This document shows positions 1-7,285 of a stretch of DNA of 64,000 nt, one piece after another. Position 1 is the stretch's first letter. Every line of letters begins with the position of its first letter. The notes beneath the pieces are model-generated. The model worked only from the letters and a program-made list of their open reading frames with translations. It searched no databases and was not told where the DNA came from. Position numbers and translations under genes: made by a program. The stretch comes from Chloroflexota bacterium (GTDB taxonomy: Bacteria; Chloroflexota; Dehalococcoidia; GIF9; UBA5629), in NCBI GenBank assembly GCA_016875925.1, contig VGOO01000002.1:4431-68430 (forward strand), given 5' to 3'.

Positions 1-2605
1 CCCAGAGGCTATTCGCTGCCACATTTAATTCCAGACATCTTTCAAAATGGGGAAGGGCTCTGTCAAATTCACAATTGTGGCCAAGAGCAACCGCCATCCA
101 ATAGTGAGAGAAAAGTAAGGTGACAATATCGGTCAAATCCTCGCCGATCTTCAAGGCCTCTTCCAGGTACTTGAAGGCCGTGGGCATATCCGACTCAATA
201 AAATAGCTATATGTCCCCATTATGTTGTATATCCTACCAATCCCCCTTTTATAATCACGCTTCAAAGCCAGCTCAACTACCGGCTCAACGGCCTCCTTTG
301 CCTCAACCCAATAGTTCATTTCAGTGTGATACAGACCAAGTGTCGCCCGGGTATCTATAAGTTTTTTCTCCACGTCCTCGGTGCGCGGCAGTCTCTCCAG
401 GCAAGACACTCTCTTCTCACCATAGGCAATGGCATCATTAAGAGAAGCAGCTTTCTCACTTTTCCTTGCCGCTAGCCGGCAGTACTCGGCACCCCTCTCG
501 TAGTTCTCACCCGTGATGTAGTGAGCGGTCAACTGCTCGTAATGCTCATCCGGGCTGTCTTTATATATCTCCTCGATGGCATCGCCTATGTCCAGGTGAA
601 GCCTCTTTTTCCTCGCCGCCAGTATCGAGTTGTACACCACCTCGCGGGTCAGGGCATGCCTGAAGATATAGGTCGACTTTGGGTATATCCCTCTCTCGTA
701 AATAAGCTCGGCATCCTTCAACGCCGACAGGTGGGACAGTAATTCGTCTTTGGATATGCCGGTTACCCGCTTTATCAGCTCGAAGCCGAACTCCCGCTCG
801 ATGGCCGAGCCTCTCTGCAGCACCGCCCTAGCGGCATCGGGCAGGGAGTCCACCCTGGCCATGATGACATCCTGAATGGTGCCCGGTATGGTTACATCGT
901 GAATATCTCTAGTTAGGCGGTAGACACCATCCTTCTTCTCGATTATCTTGAGGTCTTTGAGCGACTTTATGAACTCTTCGATGAAGAAGGGTACTCCCTC
1001 AGTCTTCTCCAATACCAGCTCCTGGAGCTGTGCCTCCATCTCCTCTGCGCCCAGGAGATAGGCGAGCATGGCCAGGCTCTCCCGGTTGGACAGCCGGTTC
1101 AGGGTAATCTGGCTATGGTACGACCGGCTGCCCCAGGTGTGCACGAACTCGGGACGGTAGGTGAAGATGAGAAGGATTCTGGCTCCGGGTATGCTCTCCA
1201 GCAGGTACTTCAAAACCTCCTCAGAAGTCCTGTCCGTCCAGTGCAGGTCCTCAATGGCCAGAACCAGCGGCCGTATCTCCGAGCCCTTGAGCGGGATTTG
1301 CTTTACCGCCTCCATCATCCGGTCTCTTTTGCCCTCCGGGCTCATGGGTATCTTATCGATGCCGCTGTCCTTGACACCCAGCAGCTCTAGCAGATAGGGC
1401 AGAGTTGAGGCTTCGTCTACACCTAATTGCCTCAGCCCCTGCTTGACCTTGTCCCTGATTTTGTAGTCCTCGTCGCCCTCCCTGACATCGAAGTTCGACT
1501 TCAACAGGTCTATGACCGGGTGGTAGGCCACGTTCTGGCTATATGACAGGCACCTGCCCTCCAGCAGTGTTACATCCTCGCTTCCTATTGCCTTCCTGAA
1601 CTCGTAGAGCAGCCGGGACTTGCCAACGCCGGCTTCGCCCATTATGGAGAAGGCCTGGCCCCTGCCGGCCCTGGCGCGCTCAAGGCCGTCCAGCAGCAGC
1701 TCAAGCTCTTTCTGCCGGCCGACAAAGGGAGTCAGGCCCCGCTCGGCGCTGACATCAAACCTCGTCCTGCTGGTGCTGGGTGCGATAACACGGTACGCCT
1801 TGACTAATTGCTCCTTCCCCTTGACCTGCCTCTCGCCCAGCGCCTCAAACCGGAAGAAGCCCTCGGTGAGTTTGAAGGTGCCCTCGGTGACACAGACCGT
1901 GCCTGGCTCGGCAATGCCTTCCATCCTCGAGGCCAGGTTGACGGTATCGCCCACGGCGGTGAACTCCACCCGGAGGTCGTTCCCCAGCGTGCCGACGACA
2001 ACCGGTCCGGTGTTGATGCCTATGCGCATCCGTAACAGAGGCAGTTCAGTCTCCTCCTTGAGGGCGCTGGTGAACCTGGCCATCTCGCGCTGGATGGCCA
2101 GGGCGGAACGGATAGCACGTTGTGGCGCATCCTCTAAGGCGATGGGCGTCCCGAACAGCGCCATGATGCCATCGCCAGTACCCTTGTTCACCGTGCCCCC
2201 ATACTCGTGGACCTTGTGTATCATCATCTCGAACAGTTCGTCGATCAGGGAGTATAATTTATCCTCTGCCAGCTTCTCGGAGAGTGGTGTGAACCCCTCA
2301 ACGTCGCAGAACATGACGGTGACCTGCCTGCGCTCGCCTTCTATTTTTCCTCTCTGTGCCAGTATCTTCTCGGTGATGTCTCCGGGAAGGTAGCGCTGTA
2401 TTTTATCCAGTTTCTCGTCAAAGGAGAGGGGTTTGAGCATCGGCTCTGGGGTAACGGACAAGTCATGACCGCACTCGCCGCAGAACCTATCCCCGGGAAC
2501 GTTTTCACATCCGCATTGAGGGCAAGGCAGTGAAAGCTTTGCACCACATTGGCGGCAGAATTTCCTCGTCTCAGGATTTTCCGTCTGGCATTTCGGGCAT
2601 TTCAT
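1..2605 (-). CDS. Double zinc-ribbon / class III adenylate-guanylate cyclase / AAA+ (STAND) ATPase / TPR signalling protein; 3' end runs off the window
   Basis: Hand translation of the minus strand from ATG 2605-2603 gives MKCPKCQTENPETRKFCRQCGAKL..CPQCGCENVPGDRFCGECG (two ribbons). The cyclase core follows: RRQVTVMFCDVEGFTPLSEKL..GDGIMALFG..RMRIGINTGPVVVG..EFTAVGDTVNLASRME. Then Walker A GEAGVGKSRL, LVLAIEDLHWTD and helical TPR-like repeats. The frame stays open to position 1. It is absent from the ORF track because no stop lies in the window. Confidence 0.9.
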   Translation of the reverse strand, partial: MKCPKCQTENPETRKFCRQCGAKLSLPCPQCGCENVPGDRFCGECGHDLSVTPEPMLKPLSFDEKLDKIQRYLPGDITEKILAQRGKIEGERRQVTVMFCDVEGFTPLSEKLAEDKLYSLIDELFEMMIHKVHEYGGTVNKGTGDGIMALFGTPIALEDAPQRAIRSALAIQREMARFTSALKEETELPLLRMRIGINTGPVVVGTLGNDLRVEFTAVGDTVNLASRMEGIAEPGTVCVTEGTFKLTEGFFRFEALGERQVKGKEQLVKAYRVIAPSTSRTRFDVSAERGLTPFVGRQKELELLLDGLERARAGRGQAFSIMGEAGVGKSRLLYEFRKAIGSEDVTLLEGRCLSYSQNVAYHPVIDLLKSNFDVREGDEDYKIRDKVKQGLRQLGVDEASTLPYLLELLGVKDSGIDKIPMSPEGKRDRMMEAVKQIPLKGSEIRPLVLAIEDLHWTDRTSEEVLKYLLESIPGARILLIFTYRPEFVHTWGSRSYHSQITLNRLSNRESLAMLAYLLGAEEMEAQLQELVLEKTEGVPFFIEEFIKSLKDLKIIEKKDGVYRLTRDIHDVTIPGTIQDVIMARVDSLPDAARAVLQRGSAIEREFGFELIKRVTGISKDELLSHLSALKDAELIYERGIYPKSTYIFRHALTREVVYNSILAARKKRLHLDIGDAIEEIYKDSPDEHYEQLTAHYITGENYERGAEYCRLAARKSEKAASLNDAIAYGEKRVSCLERLPRTEDVEKKLIDTRATLGLYHTEMNYWVEAKEAVEPVVELALKRDYKRGIGRIYNIMGTYSYFIESDMPTAFKYLEEALKIGEDLTDIVTLLFSHYWMAVALGHNCEFDRALPHFERCLELNVAANSLW

Positions 2606-2945
2606 CTTACATACCACCCGTCACCTGCTACGGTGAGTGACCAGCAGCGCTCAACTTAAACAAAAAGGGCATCAGCAACCGCCTTCAAACAGCGATTCCG
2701 GTGCCCGCTGATTCATCCCATCGGACCTCCAGCCAATACGCGACTATATTTAGGCTACTAAGGTGATCCCTTATACCTGATTTTGATTCTAGTCCCTATT
2801 TATGCGATTGTCAATACTTCTCGTAGCACCAAGGTTATTGAAATTCTTCTGGTTTGTCAGATGGCGTGGTATTGACAAAAAGCACCAAATCGTTGGAGGT
2901 GCAATGAAATGATTTCTTGTTGGATGAGCGGGATTGAACAAAACC

Positions 2946-2981
2946 GAGGAATGTGAAATTCAGCAGAATTGCACATTCCTC
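2946..2981. repeat. Inverted repeat / stem-loop in a 0.9-kb gene-free gap
   Basis: Read directly: gaggaatgtg-a-aattc agca gaatt-g-cacattcctc. Arms of 10+5 bp with one a/g mismatch and a 4-nt loop. Confidence 0.6.
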
Positions 2982-3120
2982 AGTCTTATTTAGCTGCTAT
3001 CCTGTGCTTCAGAGAGAAAAGCGCTTACATTCGGAGTGGGCTGCCTATCATTGATAGTGGCTGGGGATTTACACTCACTCTGGCCGAGGTTGTCTGGAAG
3101 TAACAATCACGATGAACTTG

Positions 3121-3199
3121 CGATGACGACTTGGGCCACCCTCACCTAGTCCTCTCCCGTCAAGGGAGAGGAAGACTAGAGCAGGATCGTCACGCCTCG
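3121..3199 (+). repeat. Intergenic repeat family B, copy 1 (GC hairpin cctctccc-gtcaa-gggagagg)
   Basis: cgatgacgacttgggccaccctcacctagtcctctcccgtcaagggagaggaag..gtcacgcctcg aligns by eye with 3311-3392. Confidence 0.7.
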
Positions 3200-3310
3200 A
3201 TTGCGTATCGACTGGAGTAGGATTCTTACGACGGGGTAGGGATGAGATTCTTCACTGCGTTCAAGAATGACAGGGCCAATGGGATTGCCACGTCCTTCAG
3301 GAGAACGACC

Positions 3311-3392
3311 CGCAATGACGTTTTGGGCCACCCTCACCTTAATCCCCTCCCGTCAAGGGAGAGAAAACTGGAGCAGGAGTGTCATGCCTCGG
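3311..3392 (+). repeat. Intergenic repeat family B, copy 2
   Basis: cgcaatgacgttttgggccaccctcaccttaatcccctcccgtcaagggagagaaaactggagcaggagtgtcatgcctcgg. Same module order as copy 1. It runs directly into A-repeat copy 1. Confidence 0.7.
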
Positions 3393-3448
3393 CAAATCGG
3401 GATGCCTGCAAGATAAATGGTGGGTTTTTCAAACCCACCCTACGGCAC
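3381..3448 (+). repeat. Hairpin repeat family A, copy 1 (ggtgggt-loop-acccacc-ctacgg)
   Basis: gtcatgcctcggcaaatcgggatgcctgcaagataaatggtgggtttttcaaacccaccctacggcac is about 88-90% identical to 4178-4243 by hand alignment. Confidence 0.75.
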
Positions 3449-3510
3449 TAGTGCTGTGCGCTTGACAAGCTGGATGTGTTTGATGTATTCTTTACCCATA
3501 GGGTGTAAGG

Positions 3511-3807
3511 GTGGAAATAGAGTTTTCCTCAAATCGCCTGGCTGATGCCAGTGTGAACTTCTCAGAGGCGAGTCGGCTCTTCGGTGTTCCACTTGGTCGA
3601 AAATATATTCAGCGGCTGGCAATACTGAGGGCTGTGGACAAGTTCACTGAGCTTTATGGGCATCGGGCGTTGAGGTTGCACCCCTTGAAAGGAAACCGTA
3701 CAGGGCAGTACTCGATAGCTCTTACCGGTAACTATAGGCTTATTATTGAAAAGGTCGACGAAGACAGAGTGCGCATTATGGATGTGGAGGATTATCATGG
3801 TGACTAA
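3511..3807 (+). CDS. higB: HigB-type toxin (plasmid-killer / RelE superfamily)
   Basis: 98 aa with a GTG start; an in-frame stop lies 3 codons upstream. LHPLKGNRTGQYSIALTGNYRLIIEKV..VRIMDVEDYH matches the HigB signature. Toxin-first gene order, with an 11-nt overlap with the antitoxin. Confidence 0.8.
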   Translation: MEIEFSSNRLADASVNFSEASRLFGVPLGRKYIQRLAILRAVDKFTELYGHRALRLHPLKGNRTGQYSIALTGNYRLIIEKVDEDRVRIMDVEDYHGD

Positions 3808-4084
3808 GACTAATGCTTATCCTGATATTGCCATCTCACCTGGCGAATACCTGGCGGAGGAAATCAGGGCACGAGGTATCTCTCAGAAGGAGCTAGCCAG
3901 GCGTATGGGACGGCCATTGAACCCGATAAATGAGATTATCAACGGGAAGAAAGCCATTACCGCTGAAACCGCCTTGCAACTCGAGGAAGTTATGCCGGAG
4001 ATACCGGCACGGTTCTGGTTGAACCTGGAGGCTGACTACCAGCTTACCAAGGTCTTGATAAACAAACGCGCCAAAGTTGCCTAA
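3797..4084 (+). CDS. higA: HigA-type antitoxin, XRE helix-turn-helix
   Basis: The start is taken at ATG 3797, because the ORF-track start 3746 lies inside higB. PGEYLAEEIRARGISQKELARRMGRPLNPINEIINGKKAITAETALQLEEV is the typical HigA HTH. Confidence 0.8.
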   Translation: MVTKTNAYPDIAISPGEYLAEEIRARGISQKELARRMGRPLNPINEIINGKKAITAETALQLEEVMPEIPARFWLNLEADYQLTKVLINKRAKVA

Positions 4085-4088
4085 GCGA

Positions 4089-4158
4089 GATGCAGGTTGC
4101 AGGTTTCGAGCTTTGTCCTCCATCTTGCATCTAGGTTCTTGCCTGTTGCCTCACGGCA
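4089..4158 (-). repeat. Degenerate heptanucleotide tandem array H1 (10 units; reverse complement of H2)
   Basis: The reverse complement reads tgccgtg aggcaac aggcaag aacctag atgcaag atggagg acaaagc tcgaaac ctgcaac ctgcatc, in one 7-nt phase. Confidence 0.75.
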
Positions 4159-4177
4159 ATGATGTGTGAGGGTGGTC

Positions 4178-4243
4178 GTCATGCCCCGGTAAATCGGGAT
4201 GCTTGCAAGATAGATGGTGGGTTTTCAAACCCACCCTACGGTG
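4178..4243 (+). repeat. Hairpin repeat family A, copy 2
   Basis: gtcatgccccggtaaatcgggatgcttgcaagatagatggtgggttttcaaacccaccctacgg. It ends 1 nt before the stop of the convergent gene 4244-4705. Confidence 0.75.
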
Positions 4244-4705
4244 CTATTGCTGTGTCGGTGGTGACCACTGGAGTAGCAATGCTTCGGAGGGGACTATCTG
4301 CGCTTGATATGCTCCCACGTGGCCGTATTTGTTACCGTATTGGAATTTGCCGGTTATGCTGATTTTGCCGTAGCGTTCGGTGGGGCCCATCATCTGCTGC
4401 CGGTAGAGCTGGTCAAAGACGTCACGGGGTATGCCTCCTTCTATCCACATCATCTTGCCCGCCGGCACCAGATGCCCTGGAGCGTGTCCGGAGTATTCCA
4501 GCCTTTCGCACAAAACTATGACCTCGAAGCCGTGGAAGTAGAATCCCTCTATTACGATTTGCTTGCCGTTGTACCTGGCTGGGTCAGCGAACAGTTGGTC
4601 GAAGGTGACTTGTGGCGTTTTGGTCGGCTGCATTCCGCTGCAGCTAATGGCCAGACATGAGAGGGATATTGCTAATATGGAGGCTAGTGCAACATACCTG
4701 TTCAT
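4244..4705 (-). CDS. Hypothetical lipoprotein
   Basis: 153-aa ORF with an N-terminal signal peptide and lipobox (ILAISLSCLAISCSG). I recognise no domain. Confidence 0.6.
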   Translation of the reverse strand: MNRYVALASILAISLSCLAISCSGMQPTKTPQVTFDQLFADPARYNGKQIVIEGFYFHGFEVIVLCERLEYSGHAPGHLVPAGKMMWIEGGIPRDVFDQLYRQQMMGPTERYGKISITGKFQYGNKYGHVGAYQAQIVPSEALLLQWSPPTQQ

Positions 4706-4779
4706 GTGTTCCTCTTCGCTAAAGTGTTTGGCAGCCTATATAACATTACGGCACCGCGCATATGTCCAAAGACATGTCT

Positions 4780-5193
4780 CTACGCCCGATTTTTTGGGGC
4801 GACCAGCAGCTTAAGACCATCGACTTCTAGCACTATCACCTCTATCCCTGCATCAAGATGCTTATCAGCACAGCTCGCCTTCCAGAGCACCCCTTGCACC
4901 TTGACGTAGCCCTCTGGTTTTAGCGGGCTTGTCACTGTTCCCTCGCAGCCGACCAGCGACTCAGCGTATTCCCTGCGCGGCAGGAAAAAAGTGGTACGGC
5001 CCAGTCGATACCTGACGTAAGCCAATGTGGCCAGGGCTACCATCAGAATCGCCAGCACCCAGAGCGGAGCACGGATGCCGAAGTAGGGCAGTACCCAGAT
5101 GACGATAATCACCAGCGCCGTTTCCTCGACGAGGGTGCCTACGACAGCCTGGATGGTGTACCACAGGGGTGGTCTATTACTCACACCGCGCAC
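4780..5193 (-). CDS. NfeD-family membrane protein
   Basis: Hydrophobic N-terminal helices followed by a C-terminal OB-like segment, GCEGTVTSPLKPEGYVKVQGVLWKASC..IEVIVLEVDGLKLLV, typical of NfeD. Confidence 0.7.
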   Translation of the reverse strand: MRGVSNRPPLWYTIQAVVGTLVEETALVIIVIWVLPYFGIRAPLWVLAILMVALATLAYVRYRLGRTTFFLPRREYAESLVGCEGTVTSPLKPEGYVKVQGVLWKASCADKHLDAGIEVIVLEVDGLKLLVAPKNRA

Positions 5194-5196
5194 CTA

Positions 5197-5481
5197 TCAT
5201 GTCAGGGCATCATTGTACCTGCCTTCGCCACAAAGGTAGGCACAATTGGGGCAAAATCTGGAATCGCGAGGTACTACCTCGCCGCAGTTGGGGCAGGTAA
5301 GTTCCAGCTTGGTGCCGCACTGCCCGCAAAACTTGTAGTTGCTGGGGTTCTCGGCCCCGCAGTCGGTACAGGCGGCAGCTTTTCTTTCAGCGGCAGCTAG
5401 CCTGTTCCCGCATTCCGTGCAGAAGCGGTTGGTCAAAGCATTTTCTGTGCCACATTGAGGGCAGAGGAAATTTTTATGCAT
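5197..5481 (-). CDS. Multi zinc-ribbon protein
   Basis: 94 aa made almost entirely of CxxC pairs: CPQCG..CTECG, CTDCG..CGQCG, CPNCG..CPNC. Its stop lies 4 nt upstream of the NfeD start. Confidence 0.7.
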   Translation of the reverse strand: MHKNFLCPQCGTENALTNRFCTECGNRLAAAERKAAACTDCGAENPSNYKFCGQCGTKLELTCPNCGEVVPRDSRFCPNCAYLCGEGRYNDALT

Positions 5482-5577
5482 TCAACAGTCTCAAGTGCCA
5501 GCCATGCAGTATCTCACGCACCGGCAGCCAGGCAAAGATTTTATCCTTTTACAGTGCATATCTCAAGAGGCGAGGTT

Positions 5578-5710
5578 CGTCGCTCGTCGCTGGTCGCTCG
5601 TCTAAAGGCAACAGCCGTGAGGCAATAGGCAAGAACCAAGATGCAAGATGAAAGTGGCAAGAAGCAAGATGGAGGATAAAGCTCGAAACTTGCAACTTGC
5701 AACTAACGAC
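5578..5710 (+). repeat. Degenerate heptanucleotide tandem array H2 (19 units)
   Basis: cgtcgct cgtcgct ggtcgct cgtctaa aggcaac agccgtg aggcaat aggcaag aaccaag atgcaag atgaaag tggcaag aagcaag atggagg ataaagc tcgaaac ttgcaac ttgcaac taacgac, all in one phase. Confidence 0.8.
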
Positions 5711-5791
5711 TTTCTGCTGACGACTACTGCAGACCTGAAAGTGCTATACTACACCCGATTTGTGCAGCACAATGCAGTAAGGGGGGAGACC

Positions 5792-6997
5792 ATGGAGAGC
5801 TACAAGGTCTATGGGTATAGGTGGGTTGTCCTGGCTGTGTACATGTATCTATGTGCCCTGACCCAGCTTTACTGGCTGAATTTTGCGGCCATTGATACTT
5901 ACCTGGAAGCGCGTCTGAATATAACTGCCATGAGCGTCGGCGTGCTCACGCTGGTCTTTCCACTGGTACAGGTCTTGCTCACCATTCCCGCCGGCATGGT
6001 CATCGATAGAAAGGGATTTAAATATGGCGTGGGCATTGGCGCGCTGTTTACCGGCATATTCGCTATGCTCCGCCTGGTGAACCCCGGCTCCTACACCATC
6101 CTGCTGGTATCCCAGATAGGCATTTCAATGGGGCAGCCTTTTGTGCTGAACGGCGTTACCAAGCTGGCCATGACCTGGTTTCCTCAGAAAGAGGAGGCCA
6201 CTGCAGTGGGACTGGGTTCGTTAGCTCTGTTCATAGGCATGATGGTGGCTTTGGGGGCAACGCCTATACTGGTAGAGTCATTCAGCTTTGGGACAATGCT
6301 TATGGTCTATGGCATCCTGGGCATTGTGGGCATATTGCTGTTCTATGCTCTGGTGAAATCCAAGCCTGAGACAGCTCCACGCGAGGTAGTAGAGGAAGAG
6401 GAGATTTCCAATTGGGCAGGAATCAAGACGATTCTTAAGATGAGGGACTTTGTCATCCTGGGCTTTGTGGCCTTGATAGGAATAGGCGTGTTCAATGGCC
6501 TGGCTACCTGGCTGGAGAAGATTTTGAATGAGCTGCACGGAATTTCCATGACCGATGCCGGCACCATAGCTGCTGTATTGATACTCAGCGGCATGCTTGG
6601 CTGCATTATCATTCCTATAGTTTCGGATAAGGTGATGAAGAGAAAACCCTTCCTGTTGTTGGCATCTTCTGTGGGAGCCTTGTCCATCGTCTTTCTGATG
6701 TTAGCCAAGGGTTTTGCGCTTAATATGGTCAATGGCGTTGTACTGGGCTTTTTCCTTATCTCTGCTCTGCCCATAATGTTGACCATGTCTGCCGAAATTA
6801 CGGGAGCCAGGTTTGCTGGAATCTCGGTGGGGTATCTGCAACTCCTGGGGAATGCGGCGGCAGTGGCTATTGTTCCGCTGATGGAAGTAATGCGCGGAGC
6901 TACGCAGCACTATGCCTGGCCTTTGGCCTTCCTGGCGATATTGCTGGGCGTATCTTTTGTACTGGCAACCCAGATAAAAGAAACCATGAGGCGCTAG
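5792..6997 (+). CDS. MFS transporter
   Basis: The start is taken at ATG 5792, preceded by aaggggggag. The ORF-track start 5648 translates the heptamer array. Hydrophobic helices run throughout. MFS motif A-like loop: PAGMVIDRKGFKYG. Confidence 0.85.
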   Translation: MESYKVYGYRWVVLAVYMYLCALTQLYWLNFAAIDTYLEARLNITAMSVGVLTLVFPLVQVLLTIPAGMVIDRKGFKYGVGIGALFTGIFAMLRLVNPGSYTILLVSQIGISMGQPFVLNGVTKLAMTWFPQKEEATAVGLGSLALFIGMMVALGATPILVESFSFGTMLMVYGILGIVGILLFYALVKSKPETAPREVVEEEEISNWAGIKTILKMRDFVILGFVALIGIGVFNGLATWLEKILNELHGISMTDAGTIAAVLILSGMLGCIIIPIVSDKVMKRKPFLLLASSVGALSIVFLMLAKGFALNMVNGVVLGFFLISALPIMLTMSAEITGARFAGISVGYLQLLGNAAAVAIVPLMEVMRGATQHYAWPLAFLAILLGVSFVLATQIKETMRR

Positions 6998-7004
6998 AGG
7001 CAGC

Positions 7005-7074
7005 AGGCGTGAGGCAATAAACTAGATGCAAGATGCAAGTGGCAAGGTGCGTCGCTCGGGGCTCGTCGCTCGTG
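7005..7074 (+). repeat. Degenerate heptanucleotide array H3 (10 units)
   Basis: aggcgtg aggcaat aaactag atgcaag atgcaag tggcaag gtgcgtc gctcggg gctcgtc gctcgtg. Confidence 0.75.
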
Positions 7075-7129
7075 ATGGAATATATGTCCAGGGTCACCTG
7101 GGCAGGCGACACCTAAGATAGGAAAGGCT

Positions 7130-7174
7130 GGTCCTTCACGGGAAGGACTGGTGGGTTTGTGAACCCACCCTACG
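7130..7174 (+). repeat. Hairpin repeat family A, copy 3 (subfamily with a ggtccttc..gaaggac 5' flank)
   Basis: ggtccttcacgggaaggactggtgggtttgtgaacccaccctacg. Confidence 0.7.
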
Positions 7175-7182
7175 CAAATCAC

Positions 7183-7231
7183 TTGAAACCTGCAACTTGT
7201 GACTTGCAACTAGCGAAGAGCGAGGAGCGCC
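7183..7231 (+). repeat. Degenerate heptanucleotide array H4 (7 units)
   Basis: ttgaaac ctgcaac ttgtgac ttgcaac tagcgaa gagcgag gagcgcc. It corresponds to the 3' part of H2. Confidence 0.7.
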
Positions 7232-7285
7232 ATGCCCCGTCCATCGTTGCTGAAGGCACACGTGAAGCATTATAATAGCAACCTT

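Noticed and set aside
1620-2393. 257-aa plus-strand ORF (Ser/Pro-rich, SSSSSSS run)
   Set aside because: It is a low-complexity shadow frame opposite the well-supported minus-strand cyclase/STAND gene.
3242-3451. 69-aa ORF (and the similar 4159-4362 ORF) containing ..HLNPLPSRERK.. and ..NRDACKI[ND]GGF..P..
   Set aside because: These are translations of the B and A intergenic repeats. The shared peptides come from repeated DNA, not from a gene family.
4216-4235. A-repeat hairpins as Rho-independent terminators
   Set aside because: No U/T tract follows the stem on either strand in any of the four copies.
5648-5791. N-terminal extension of the MFS ORF (MKVARSKMEDKARNLQ..), also seen in the antisense ORF 3893-4123
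   Set aside because: It is a translation of the heptamer array. A good RBS plus ATG at 5792 gives a normal MFS N-terminus. The same logic trims 10855-10905 (aldolase) and 10970-11065 (amidohydrolase).
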